Of a DNA stretch of 64,000 bases, positions 1 to 10,638 are shown one piece after another (positions within the stretch are counted from its first letter, which is position 1; each line of letters opens with the position of its first letter). Origin of the DNA: Rhodanobacteraceae bacterium (GTDB lineage Bacteria > Pseudomonadota > Gammaproteobacteria > Xanthomonadales > Rhodanobacteraceae). The DNA lies in assembly GCA_036759545.1 (NCBI GenBank), contig DAIOUL010000001.1, positions 5,983-69,982 on the forward strand, written 5' to 3'. The notes beneath the pieces were generated by a model. The model was not told the DNA's origin, made no database searches, and saw only the letters and a program-made list of their open reading frames with translations. A program made the translations under genes and the position numbers.

Positions 1-27
1 CGGCGTCGGGCGCTATGATCTTTGCGC

Positions 28-1851
28 ATGATTTCCCAGGCGCCCATCGATGCGATGCGGCGGATCGAGGGTTTGCTGCGATCCGGTGATTTCCGTACCG
101 CGCTCGAGCAACTCGAACGCGTCATCGAAGAAAATCCCCGCTTCGCCGAGGCGCGGCGCCTGCTGGCCGGCACCCGGCTGGCGCTGGGTGACGCCGCAGG
201 AGCGGAGCGGGTTCTGCGCGACGCGATTGCGCTCGATCCCGGTTGGACGCCCACGCTGACGATGCTGGGCGAGCTGCTGCTCAACAGCGGCAAACACTCC
301 GAAGCCGAACAATTCCTGCAGCGCGCCGCCGGCGGAACCGCTGCCGATCCACGTGCGGCGTTGGTGCTGGCCCGCTTTTACAACGACTCGCAGCGGCCGG
401 CGCAGGCACTCGCGGCCGTCGCGCCTTTCTGCGCCAACGGCGACGCCGCACCGGAGCTGGCGGCCCAGAACGTGACCGCCTTGGCCGCGCTCGGCCGCAA
501 GGACGAGGCCGTTGCGTTCTATCAGCGCATACACATGGCTTCTCCGGATAACGTCGCCGCCGCACACGCGCTGGCGGTCGCGTTGCAGGCGTCCGGTCAG
601 CACGAAGAGGCAGAACGTGTCGCGACACGTGCGTTGAAGCGAGGTCATCCAACAGCGGGGTTGAGCTACACGCAGGCGCGGAGCTTGATCGAATTGGGCG
701 AATTCCAGCGCGCCGAGGCCGCGCTGTGCGATTGCCTGCGGCTGGAACCGCAGCACCTGGAGGCGCACAACGATCTTGCGAAACTGGTGTGGATGCGCAG
801 CGGCGACAGCGCGGAAGCGACAGCAATGCTCGATCAGGCGCTGCGCACCTTTTCCAACAACGACGCGTTGTGGGCCGCGAAGGCCGCCGTGCTGCAGGGC
901 GCGGGCGATCCGCGCGCTGCATACGCGTGCCTCGTTCCGCGGATCGGGCGGCCGCAATCCCCGCCCGCGTTGTTGGTGCGCGCCGGCCTCTCCGCACTGG
1001 AATTCGATCCACGGGCCGCACTGGAGCTCGCGCAGCGCGCGTTGCGCATCGTGCCGGGTGATGTGCCCGCGCTAAAACTGCAGGTGGCCGCGCTGCTCGG
1101 CATTGGTGATGCGCAAGCCGCGCTGCCCGCGTGCGAAACGTTGCTGAGCGAGACGAAGGACGATCAATATCTGATCGCGTTGCAGACCACCGCGTGGCGG
1201 ATGCTGGGCGACGAACGTTATGCGCGGCTGTGCGATTACCGCAACCTGGTTGTGCCGTATCGGCTCGAGACGCCGCCGCAATGGCGCAATCTTGGCGATT
1301 TTCTCCGCGATTTGAAGAGCAGCCTGGAAGCGCTGCATGCACGGTATCTGCATCCGCTGTTGTTCCAATCGCTGCGCCATGGAACCGAGACCACCGAAGA
1401 CCTGACGCGCAGTGAAGATCCTGCGATCCGCGCGTTGTTCGTGGCCTTCGACGCTCCGATCCGCGATTACATGACGCGCATGGGTCGCGGTACCGACCCG
1501 TTGCGACGGCGGAACAACGGTACGTATCGATTCAACGGGAGCTGGTCGGTGAAATTGCGCAGCCACGGTTTTCACCAGAATCACGTGCATCCGCGCGGCT
1601 GGATTTCGTCCGCGTGCTACATCGATCTGCCGGAAACGACGAGCGATCCACGCAGCAGGGAGGGTGCGCTGACCTTCGCCGAGCCGGGAATCGTCACGAC
1701 GCCGGCGTTGCACCCCGAATACGAAATCCGGCCCGGCACAGGCATGCTGGTGCTGTTCCCTTCGTACTTCTGGCACGGCACGGTTCCGTTTTCCAGCGAG
1801 CGGACCCGGCTGACCGTCGCATTCGATGCGGTGCCGGACAGGCCGGCCTGA
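28..1851 (+). CDS. TPR-repeat protein with C-terminal 2OG-Fe(II)-oxygenase-like domain (PF13759/TIGR02466-like)
   Basis: The track ORF is 22..1851 with TTG at 22; the first ATG is at 28. The N-terminal two-thirds is Ala/Leu-rich with TPR-like helical repeats (e.g. AERVLRDAIALDP, HEEAERVATRALK, FQRAEAALCDCLRLEP). The C-terminus has FHQNHVHPRGWISSACYIDL ... MLVLFPSYFWHGTVP, the H-x-H / aromatic / FPS..H pattern of this oxygenase-like fold. The start codon is uncertain. Confidence 0.7.
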   Translation: MISQAPIDAMRRIEGLLRSGDFRTALEQLERVIEENPRFAEARRLLAGTRLALGDAAGAERVLRDAIALDPGWTPTLTMLGELLLNSGKHSEAEQFLQRAAGGTAADPRAALVLARFYNDSQRPAQALAAVAPFCANGDAAPELAAQNVTALAALGRKDEAVAFYQRIHMASPDNVAAAHALAVALQASGQHEEAERVATRALKRGHPTAGLSYTQARSLIELGEFQRAEAALCDCLRLEPQHLEAHNDLAKLVWMRSGDSAEATAMLDQALRTFSNNDALWAAKAAVLQGAGDPRAAYACLVPRIGRPQSPPALLVRAGLSALEFDPRAALELAQRALRIVPGDVPALKLQVAALLGIGDAQAALPACETLLSETKDDQYLIALQTTAWRMLGDERYARLCDYRNLVVPYRLETPPQWRNLGDFLRDLKSSLEALHARYLHPLLFQSLRHGTETTEDLTRSEDPAIRALFVAFDAPIRDYMTRMGRGTDPLRRRNNGTYRFNGSWSVKLRSHGFHQNHVHPRGWISSACYIDLPETTSDPRSREGALTFAEPGIVTTPALHPEYEIRPGTGMLVLFPSYFWHGTVPFSSERTRLTVAFDAVPDRPA

Positions 1852-1854
1852 GCG

Positions 1855-4629
1855 CTAAGGCGCAGCCGATCGCCATTCGATCTCGATTCGATCGCGGATG
1901 CCGTGCGCCGGAACCGTCACGGACGCCGTTGCAGTGCCGGCCTCCCACGACCAATGTTCGACCTGCTCGCCATTCACAGCGATCGACACCGGTTTCCCGA
2001 TACCGTGCAACAGCACGGTATACGAGCGCCGTTGCACCTGACCACCGAACGCGCCGCGCGTGGGGCCGATCACGATCCGGTGAGAGCCGTGGCGGTCCGT
2101 CGTGTTCGAAATCGGTGTGAGCGCGTGATGTTGTTGGTAATCCAGCGAATCGCCACTGTCTTCGTACAAAGTGAAAGCGTCGTTGCCCGATCCGTACACG
2201 TTGACGATCAGATGCTCTAGCGGCTTTTCATCGGACCAGGCGTAGTCCGCCGGTTGTTCCGGGATGATCGCGCCCTCGCGCACGAATACGGGCGTATCTT
2301 CAACCGCGTAGTGCGCGGTGAACGTGCCGTTTTGGTAGTGCTTGCCGTCGAAGAAGCCGATCCATTCGCCGGGCGGCAAATAGATCCTGCGATTGCCCGA
2401 GGCATCGAACACCGGCGCGACCAGCATCGCATCGCCCAGCCAGTATTCGTGCGGATGTCGGTACGACTCTTCGGAATCGAGATCGTGCAGATACAACGGC
2501 CGCAGGATAGGCAATGATTGCTCGTGCGCGATCCATGCATAGGTGTAGAGGTAAGGAATCAATTGCGTGTGCAGCGTGAAGTACTTGCGGGCCAGTGCAA
2601 TACCGCGTTCGCCATAAGTCCAAGGCGTGCGCAGATTGCCCTCGCGCGGATTCTCGTGCGCGCTGTGCAGACGCAGGATCGGACCGAACGCGCCGAACTC
2701 CAGCCAGCGCGCGTACAAATCGAAATCGATCTTGCCGCCGTGGAATCCGCCGACGTCGTGGCTGATGTAAGGGATCAGCACGTTGCCGCCGCGCACGCTG
2801 TAGGCGATTTCGTAGCGCAGCACCGGCCATTCGGAATACGTATCGCCGGTGAAGTAGGCCGGATACCGTTCGCTGCCCCAGCCTCCGTAGCGCGCGAGGA
2901 TGAAGCCGCGCTTCGCCGTTGTCGCCTGAGTGCTTTCGTAGAACACGCGATTGGTCCACAACTGCGGATCCAGTCCGGGCATGTCCGCCGCGCCGCTGCC
3001 GCCATCCACCCACCAGAAGTCCGCGCCTTGCCGCAGCAGCGGGTCGTGCAGAATGCGCATCGAAACTTCCGCCTGCTTCTTGTTGGATAGATCGAAATAG
3101 ATCCGCGGCGGCGGTTGCACGTCACGGATCGCGATCAGCCCGCGCAGGAAACCGCTGCCGTATTCGCTCGGCTTCAGCCGCAGCGCGATCTGCGCCGCCT
3201 GCCCCGCGCGTACGTAAGGCGCGATGTCGGCGACAGTCAGCCGTTGCGGCCAGTGCGTCCGGCTGTGTTCGACCGGACGGCCGTCGATCCAGAGCTGGTA
3301 ATCGCGGCTTTGCTGGCTGAGATAGAGGTAGAGATGCGGCGGCAAATGCGCGGGCAAAGTCACTTGGCGGCGATACCAGACGACGCCCGTGTTCTTGCCG
3401 TAACCCTGTTCGGCCGGCGAAGCGTCGGTACGAACGGGCTGCCATTTCGAATCATCGTAGTCGCCCGCGAACCACTGTTCGCGCGTGCCTCGATCGCGAG
3501 GATCGGGGGCGAATCGCCAGCCTTGCGACAGATCCAGATCGAACGACGGCTTGGGCGGCAGCGCCTGCCCCAACGCTTCAAGCGCCGCCGGCGCGTGGCT
3601 GTCATCGTGGGAGAGGATGTTTTCCTGCGTGTTGGCGTAACCCGGATGATCGTTCAATTCCACTTTGAGGCCGCGTTCGTGCAACCATTTCAGCAACGAA
3701 TCGGGATGCGGAATCAACGGGCTCCAGTCGTAGCCGCCGTTCCAGCCGTAGTTGTGCCAGGCGAAATCCAGCACCAGCGTGTCCAGCGGGATATGGTTTT
3801 GCCGGAAACGGGTCGCTTCGTCTTCCAGATGTTCTTCGCCGTAACGCTGGAATTCCGGTGTCTTCGTTTGCGCGCTACCCGGGAAATATTCGAAGTTCAA
3901 ATCCGTGATCATCGGCCCCAACACATAACGCGGGATCATCGGGATCGGCCCGCACAGTTCCGCGTATTCTTGAAGCGCCTTGCGGTAGTCGCGGCCGTAG
4001 GCGAACAGATACCAGTCCTGTCCATCGTGCGGTTCGCGCGGCTCGATCCATTGCGCCTTCGCGTTCCAGAGCGGTGTGGCGCTGTCGTCGATGAAGGCGT
4101 AGCCGTTGCGGCTCAGCAGTCCGGAATGCGCGCTGGGTAACAACACGTCGATGCCAGGGATGAGGTCGTTGACCGGACTCGCCAGATCCTTGCCGTCGGC
4201 GGGCAGATTCCTGGCGCTGACGTTGTCCAACGAATAGGTCAGTCCGCCGAGATTTCGGCCATCGACCTGTCCCGGATGCCAGGAGTGTGTTTCACCATGA
4301 TCCGTCCAGGTCACCTCGAGATTGGCCGCGGTGAAAGCGCCGGAGCGCAGGCGATAACGCAACGTCACCGCGCCGGTGCTCGCGGTCAACCAGCCGCTTT
4401 CGGTCTTCTGAATCACTTGGACATTCGGCCAGTCCCGCCTTGCGACGATGGCAGTCGGCACATCGACGAATCGGCCGGACGGCGCGTATTCCATCCTCAC
4501 CAGCGTCGGCGTCAGGAATTCGAAACGTGCATTGCCGGCGCGCACCATGGTCGTCGCACAGGCACACCACGGCGCCAGCAGCGCGACGACGAGCAGGAGC
4601 GAAGCAATCGATTCGACGCGGATACGCAT
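1855..4629 (-). CDS. secreted glycoside hydrolase family 31 (alpha-glucosidase/alpha-xylosidase-like)
   Basis: The long ORF 1855..5265 was trimmed to the ATG at 4629 (MRIRVESIASLLLVVALLAPWCACA, a signal peptide). The upstream part of that ORF overlaps an independently recognisable gene in another frame. GH31-type blocks are present: LDFAWHNYGW, FWWVDGGSG (nucleophile region) and YISHDVGGFHGG (acid/base region). The stop TAG is at 1855-1857. Confidence 0.85.
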   Translation of the reverse strand: MRIRVESIASLLLVVALLAPWCACATTMVRAGNARFEFLTPTLVRMEYAPSGRFVDVPTAIVARRDWPNVQVIQKTESGWLTASTGAVTLRYRLRSGAFTAANLEVTWTDHGETHSWHPGQVDGRNLGGLTYSLDNVSARNLPADGKDLASPVNDLIPGIDVLLPSAHSGLLSRNGYAFIDDSATPLWNAKAQWIEPREPHDGQDWYLFAYGRDYRKALQEYAELCGPIPMIPRYVLGPMITDLNFEYFPGSAQTKTPEFQRYGEEHLEDEATRFRQNHIPLDTLVLDFAWHNYGWNGGYDWSPLIPHPDSLLKWLHERGLKVELNDHPGYANTQENILSHDDSHAPAALEALGQALPPKPSFDLDLSQGWRFAPDPRDRGTREQWFAGDYDDSKWQPVRTDASPAEQGYGKNTGVVWYRRQVTLPAHLPPHLYLYLSQQSRDYQLWIDGRPVEHSRTHWPQRLTVADIAPYVRAGQAAQIALRLKPSEYGSGFLRGLIAIRDVQPPPRIYFDLSNKKQAEVSMRILHDPLLRQGADFWWVDGGSGAADMPGLDPQLWTNRVFYESTQATTAKRGFILARYGGWGSERYPAYFTGDTYSEWPVLRYEIAYSVRGGNVLIPYISHDVGGFHGGKIDFDLYARWLEFGAFGPILRLHSAHENPREGNLRTPWTYGERGIALARKYFTLHTQLIPYLYTYAWIAHEQSLPILRPLYLHDLDSEESYRHPHEYWLGDAMLVAPVFDASGNRRIYLPPGEWIGFFDGKHYQNGTFTAHYAVEDTPVFVREGAIIPEQPADYAWSDEKPLEHLIVNVYGSGNDAFTLYEDSGDSLDYQQHHALTPISNTTDRHGSHRIVIGPTRGAFGGQVQRRSYTVLLHGIGKPVSIAVNGEQVEHWSWEAGTATASVTVPAHGIRDRIEIEWRSAAP

Positions 4630-4631
4630 GT

Positions 4632-5225
4632 TCACGTACCGAGTACCGCATTGAACGCGATGGTGATGCGCGGAACATCGTTGTCGTGCGGCTCGACGAA
4701 GTGTTCCATCCAGCACGGAAACAACACCAGCAGTCCGGCTTCCGGTGTCAGGCGGATGTCGCTGTAGCCATTCGGCACCGCGCCCTTGACATAGCCCAGC
4801 ACCACGCCCGGACGCGGATCGCGGAACACGAACTTGCCGGAGCCCGGCGGCACCTGCAGATAGAACGAACCCGACAGCAGGCAGCCTTCGTGCACGTGCA
4901 GGAAATTGAAACCGCCGCGGTCGTGCAGGTTCACCCACGATTGCAGGTCGAAGGGAATTTCGGGCACGCCCATTTCGCGCAGCACGTTGGCGCACGCGGC
5001 ACGCACCGAGTCGCGCAGCGGCGCGAACAACGGATGCTCCAGCACGCTCATGTCTTCGCTGTTCCAGCCCTGGCGATTGGTGCGCCCCGCGGGTTTCGGA
5101 TTCGCGGCGCGCATACGCATTACCGCCTGCACCCACGAATCGAATTGCGGACGCAAGGCAGGCAACCGCGCCTGCCAGATGCGCGTGGGAAAAAGATCGA
5201 AAGCTTGCAGGACGGGCGCGGCCAT
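4632..5225 (-). CDS. small 2OG-Fe(II)-oxygenase-like protein (TIGR02466/PF13759-like)
   Basis: The ORF 4632..5291 was trimmed to the internal ATG at 5225 (MAAPVLQAFDLFPTRIW...). Motifs FNFLHVHEGCLLSGSFYLQVP and LLVLFPCWMEHFVEPH match the same fold as the C-terminus of the 28..1851 product. Its stop sits 2 nt from the GH31 start. Confidence 0.7.
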   Translation of the reverse strand: MAAPVLQAFDLFPTRIWQARLPALRPQFDSWVQAVMRMRAANPKPAGRTNRQGWNSEDMSVLEHPLFAPLRDSVRAACANVLREMGVPEIPFDLQSWVNLHDRGGFNFLHVHEGCLLSGSFYLQVPPGSGKFVFRDPRPGVVLGYVKGAVPNGYSDIRLTPEAGLLVLFPCWMEHFVEPHDNDVPRITIAFNAVLGT

Positions 5226-5310
5226 GCAGAGAGCGAATGTTCCTCGTCTGAGGCGCCCGCCGCAACTGCGGCGAGGAGTGTGGCGCATCACCTCGCGGAA
5301 CGGGAATCGC

Positions 5311-7563
5311 TCACCGGATCCTCTCGATCACCACCAATTCCGAAGAATCGGGCAGCGGCAGCGAAACCGTGAAACCGGTGTGCATCAGCTCGGCGCCGCT
5401 CGCCGTGAGATCGGGCGACGAGCCGTCCCGGAAGTGCAGCTTGTACCAGTCGCCGGCACGCAGGCCTTTCAGGCGGAAAGCATGAGAGGCGGGCGTGGCA
5501 TCATTGCCGTGGAACGCGTAGAGCACACCGGCCCCGCGTCCCGCGTCGAAATATTCCATGCCGTCCCAATCCTTGCCATCGGGACGCGGACCTACGTGAT
5601 AGAGATCGGCTTCGCGAATCAGCGGGCGCAGCGTCGACTTGTAGAACGCGATCTCGCGGGCGGCCGCGGCGTGTTGTTCGCGTGTCCACTTGCTGGTGTC
5701 GATCATCACCGTGAACCAGCCCAGCATGCCGCTGCGGAGCATGTAGCGGAAGTTCTCGATGCGCGGCGCGGGGACCGCCATGACGTAGGTCTCCAGCATC
5801 GCCGGCGGTAACACGTGGCTGGCGTCGTAGAACGCCTTGCGATTGGACACGGGATCGTACGCATCCACGATCGAGAAATAATCGCCGTGCGCGGCGCTGC
5901 CGAAATCGACCATGCGTCCGCCGTCGTTGCAGATCTCAAGCAACAGACCGGGATGCCGGCGCTTCAATCCGGACTGGATGGCGTAGTAGGCGCGCGTCGC
6001 GTGCAGGCTGACGTCGCTGGAATTGCTGCTGTCGATCCAGAGGAAATCATCGTCGTGATACCGATGCGTTTTCGCCGGATCGATCGGCAGATGCGGATGA
6101 TCTTCGCGGTCGCAGCCCTGGGCCACGACATAGCCGTCGTGTTCGAGCATGTCGACGCGGTAGTCGCGCACGATACGCTCGGTTTCGCGCGCCGCCCACG
6201 CTTGAGCCTCCGGCACGCCGAGATCGACGGTGATGCCCTTGAAATCACGGGACTTCCAATTCGCCGGCGGGTCCGTGGTCAGCCAGTCGCGCACGCGTGG
6301 ATCGTCGGCGTTCAGCGCGCCCTTGGCGCTGCTGTCGCCGGCTTCGCTCCATGCCGCCCACAGTCCGAACTTCATGCCACGCCGGTGCGCATCGTCGGCG
6401 AGCGCAGCAAGTCCGTGCGGAAATTTCTTCGGATCCGGGCGCCAGTCGCCCACCGCGCGGAACCAGCCCGCATCGAGGTGAAACATTTCGAAGCCCAGCG
6501 CGCTCGCGTCGGCGATCATGTGCTGCGCCTGCTTTTCATCGATCGCCATCGCGCTGCCCCAACTGTTGTTGGTGACCAGCGGATAGTGCGGATCGCGCAA
6601 TGTGGCTGGGTCGTTCAACACCGCGCGCACCCAACGCCGCAAGGTATTGCCGGTATCGTCGAGGTCGCCATTGCCGGCTCCGACGAACACCGTGGGCGTG
6701 GCGAACGTCGCGTGCGGTGCTATGCGAGTGCGAAACGGTCCGGGTTGCGGATCGAGTCCGACTGCGCCCGTGAGTTCGTCGCCGTGCCGCTGCAGCGTCA
6801 GCGCGACGCGCCCGCTGAACTCCACGCCGACGTACCACCCGCTCGTCTTCGCGTCCGTTGCACGCACCAGAAAATATGGAATGATCTCGCGCGACTGTCC
6901 CGCGCGCGGGTGCGCAAAGGTGCTGGATCGCCCTCGCCAGTCGTAGCCATCCGGCACCGAAACCATATGCGTGCCGACCGGCGGCGCCTCGCCAGCGCCC
7001 TTGTCGATCCACATCTGCTGCAACGGCCGCCGCGCGTCCACCTGCCAGCGGAAATCGAAACTGTCCTGCAGCGGAATCTGCACCTCGTGTGCGCTGCGAT
7101 TCTCGATGAAGATCGTGTGCTCGATCGGTCCGTGCGCCGATCTCGCCTGCCAGGTCCAGCGCAGGCGCAAATCGGGATCGTGCGTGACGTAAACCAGGCT
7201 CGTGTGAGTCTTGCCCACGCGGCTGCGATCGGAATCGAAGCGCCAGTGCAACGCAACGGTCTTGCCGTCCACGATCGCGGTATCGATCAATTGCGCATCG
7301 CCTGCACCGATCCAGTCTTCATCACCGCCGCGGGTCAAGCGCAACACGCGCGGCGCCGCTGCGCCAGCCTCCACGACGATTCGATTATCGGTATTGCCGA
7401 TCGTGATCCGCGATTCTGCCGCCGCAAACGAGATCGATGGAATCGATGCGGCAAGCAGCAGTCCCGGCAGGGTGATGCGCACTGCGCGACGGATGGCCGC
7501 GATCGTCCGGTCAACCGCGCAGCAATCCGGCCTGCGAGTGCCCATCGGCGAAAGCGCGAGCAT
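5311..7563 (-). CDS. GH36-like alpha-galactosidase (melibiase family), probably secreted
   Basis: ATG at 7563. The N-terminus is hydrophobic (ITLPGLLLAASIPSISFAAA). Catalytic-barrel blocks typical of alpha-galactosidases are present: GFEMFHLDAGWF, FPHGLAALADDAHRRGMKFGLWAAW and RVDMLEHDGY. Confidence 0.75.
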   Translation of the reverse strand: MLALSPMGTRRPDCCAVDRTIAAIRRAVRITLPGLLLAASIPSISFAAAESRITIGNTDNRIVVEAGAAAPRVLRLTRGGDEDWIGAGDAQLIDTAIVDGKTVALHWRFDSDRSRVGKTHTSLVYVTHDPDLRLRWTWQARSAHGPIEHTIFIENRSAHEVQIPLQDSFDFRWQVDARRPLQQMWIDKGAGEAPPVGTHMVSVPDGYDWRGRSSTFAHPRAGQSREIIPYFLVRATDAKTSGWYVGVEFSGRVALTLQRHGDELTGAVGLDPQPGPFRTRIAPHATFATPTVFVGAGNGDLDDTGNTLRRWVRAVLNDPATLRDPHYPLVTNNSWGSAMAIDEKQAQHMIADASALGFEMFHLDAGWFRAVGDWRPDPKKFPHGLAALADDAHRRGMKFGLWAAWSEAGDSSAKGALNADDPRVRDWLTTDPPANWKSRDFKGITVDLGVPEAQAWAARETERIVRDYRVDMLEHDGYVVAQGCDREDHPHLPIDPAKTHRYHDDDFLWIDSSNSSDVSLHATRAYYAIQSGLKRRHPGLLLEICNDGGRMVDFGSAAHGDYFSIVDAYDPVSNRKAFYDASHVLPPAMLETYVMAVPAPRIENFRYMLRSGMLGWFTVMIDTSKWTREQHAAAAREIAFYKSTLRPLIREADLYHVGPRPDGKDWDGMEYFDAGRGAGVLYAFHGNDATPASHAFRLKGLRAGDWYKLHFRDGSSPDLTASGAELMHTGFTVSLPLPDSSELVVIERIR

Positions 7564-7640
7564 GAGGCGGCGACTCCGGTGGCGAAGGTGTATCGTAACC
7601 TCGAGCTTTCTATTGGACTCGACGCAGCAGCGAAGCGCGA

Positions 7641-8336
7641 ATGGCGAAACCTAGCTCACCCAACGCATGGTTCGTGATCGTCTTGTTGTTGCTGGTCAGC
7701 AGCGGCGTGCAAGCCCGTCCGCCGCCGCCGCAACATTGGCGGGCGGAAATCGATACGCTGGTCGCCAACGACTGCGTGCACCCGCCGCCGCAACACGGTG
7801 TGCTGTTCGTGGGCAGTTCCTCGATCCGCATGTGGGCGACATTGGCGCGGGATTTTCCCGGCGTGCCGGTGATCAACCGCGGCTTCGGCGGCTCCGCGAT
7901 CGCCGACAGCACTTACTACGCGGATCGGATCATCGTGCCGTATCACCCGCGACTGATCGTGCTATACGCCGGCGACAACGATATCGACGAAGGCGACACG
8001 CCCGCGCAGGTCCTGGATGAATTCGAGGGGTTCGTTGCGTGCGTACGTCGATCATTGCCGGGCGTCGCGATCGCGTACATCTCGATCAAGCCAAGCATTG
8101 CGCGCGCAGTGGAATGGCCGCGGATGCGCGAAGCCAATCGCGAGATCGAAAACTGGGCGCGCACGCAGCGACGGATCACCTACGTCGATGTCGTCACGAA
8201 AATGCTGGGTGCGAATGGAAAACCGCGGCCTGAACTGTTCCGCGAAGACGGCCTGCACATGTCGCGAGCAGGCTATGCGATCTGGATCGAAGCATTGAAA
8301 CCCGTGCTGGCGCGCAACGGCTTCGCAGTGCAATGA
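7641..8336 (+). CDS. SGNH/GDSL-family hydrolase (esterase), secreted
   Basis: ATG at 7641 with a signal peptide (MAKPSSPNAWFVIVLLLLVSSGVQA). SGNH blocks are present: block I LFVGSSSIRMW, block II GFGGS, block III YAGDND and block V EDGLHMSRAGY. Confidence 0.8.
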   Translation: MAKPSSPNAWFVIVLLLLVSSGVQARPPPPQHWRAEIDTLVANDCVHPPPQHGVLFVGSSSIRMWATLARDFPGVPVINRGFGGSAIADSTYYADRIIVPYHPRLIVLYAGDNDIDEGDTPAQVLDEFEGFVACVRRSLPGVAIAYISIKPSIARAVEWPRMREANREIENWARTQRRITYVDVVTKMLGANGKPRPELFREDGLHMSRAGYAIWIEALKPVLARNGFAVQ

Positions 8337-8343
8337 ATCACTG

Positions 8344-10173
<1,830 letters not shown>

Positions 10174-10638
10174 GCTGGATGCGCCTTGGGGCTCGACGGG
10201 GACCCGTCATGATACGTGCCAGCTCTGACCGCGAGAATACCGCCGCGTTCCATGCGCCGGCGTAGGGCGGCACCTACATGGATTTCGGTCGCTGGCCGTT
10301 TCAAAATGTTTGCGGAAGAGAGACAATGGACGTCCTGCGGCGAAGAACGTGAGCCAGAGGGGCACTGGAGGTAGGGAATGCCAAGTGTGGTCCGCATCGC
10401 CAACGCAGCCAAAAACACCATCTTCAAATAATTGAGCCGCGCCGGCGCGCACGCGCCAGCCGATATCCTGAGCGCCCGCAAACGTCATTTGGCGGATGGC
10501 GCCGCGGATGCTCCGGCATGGATCCTGCTTCGGATCTTGCCGTGCGGGATTTCAATTGCCGATTCCGCGCGAGGCACGGCCCTTCATCGAATCGAAACAC
10601 ATCTGCGCCGTAATGGCGTGGAGACGGACGGGAGTCGC
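10174..10638. promoter_or_regulatory. long divergent intergenic region between glmS and the EPS priming transferase
   Basis: This is about 465 nt without a convincing CDS and is locally less GC-rich (e.g. ...accatcttcaaataattgagcc...). It must carry the promoters for glmS (minus) and the sugar transferase (plus). No promoter motif was confidently identified. Confidence 0.3.

Noticed and set aside
4630-5265. The N-terminal 212 codons of the 1136-aa ORF, which would make a much longer GH31.
   Set aside because: This segment overlaps the recognisable oxygenase-like gene (4632-5225) in another frame and is Arg-rich. The internal ATG at 4629 is followed by a good signal peptide.
10174-10430. A glmS ribozyme or other glmS leader element upstream of glmS.
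   Set aside because: The glmS ribozyme is a Gram-positive feature. I could not recognise its conserved core here, and the organism looks proteobacterial.
10438-10449. A 12-nt perfect palindrome, CGCGCCGGCGCG, in the glmS/priming-transferase spacer as a possible operator.
   Set aside because: It consists only of G and C in GC-rich DNA, so chance occurrence is likely. No second copy was noticed.
10432-10638. The first 69 codons of the sugar-transferase ORF.
   Set aside because: There is no TM or family-like sequence, and homologous priming transferases begin just before the first TM helix. The rejection is tentative; the true start could lie anywhere from 10432 to 10642.
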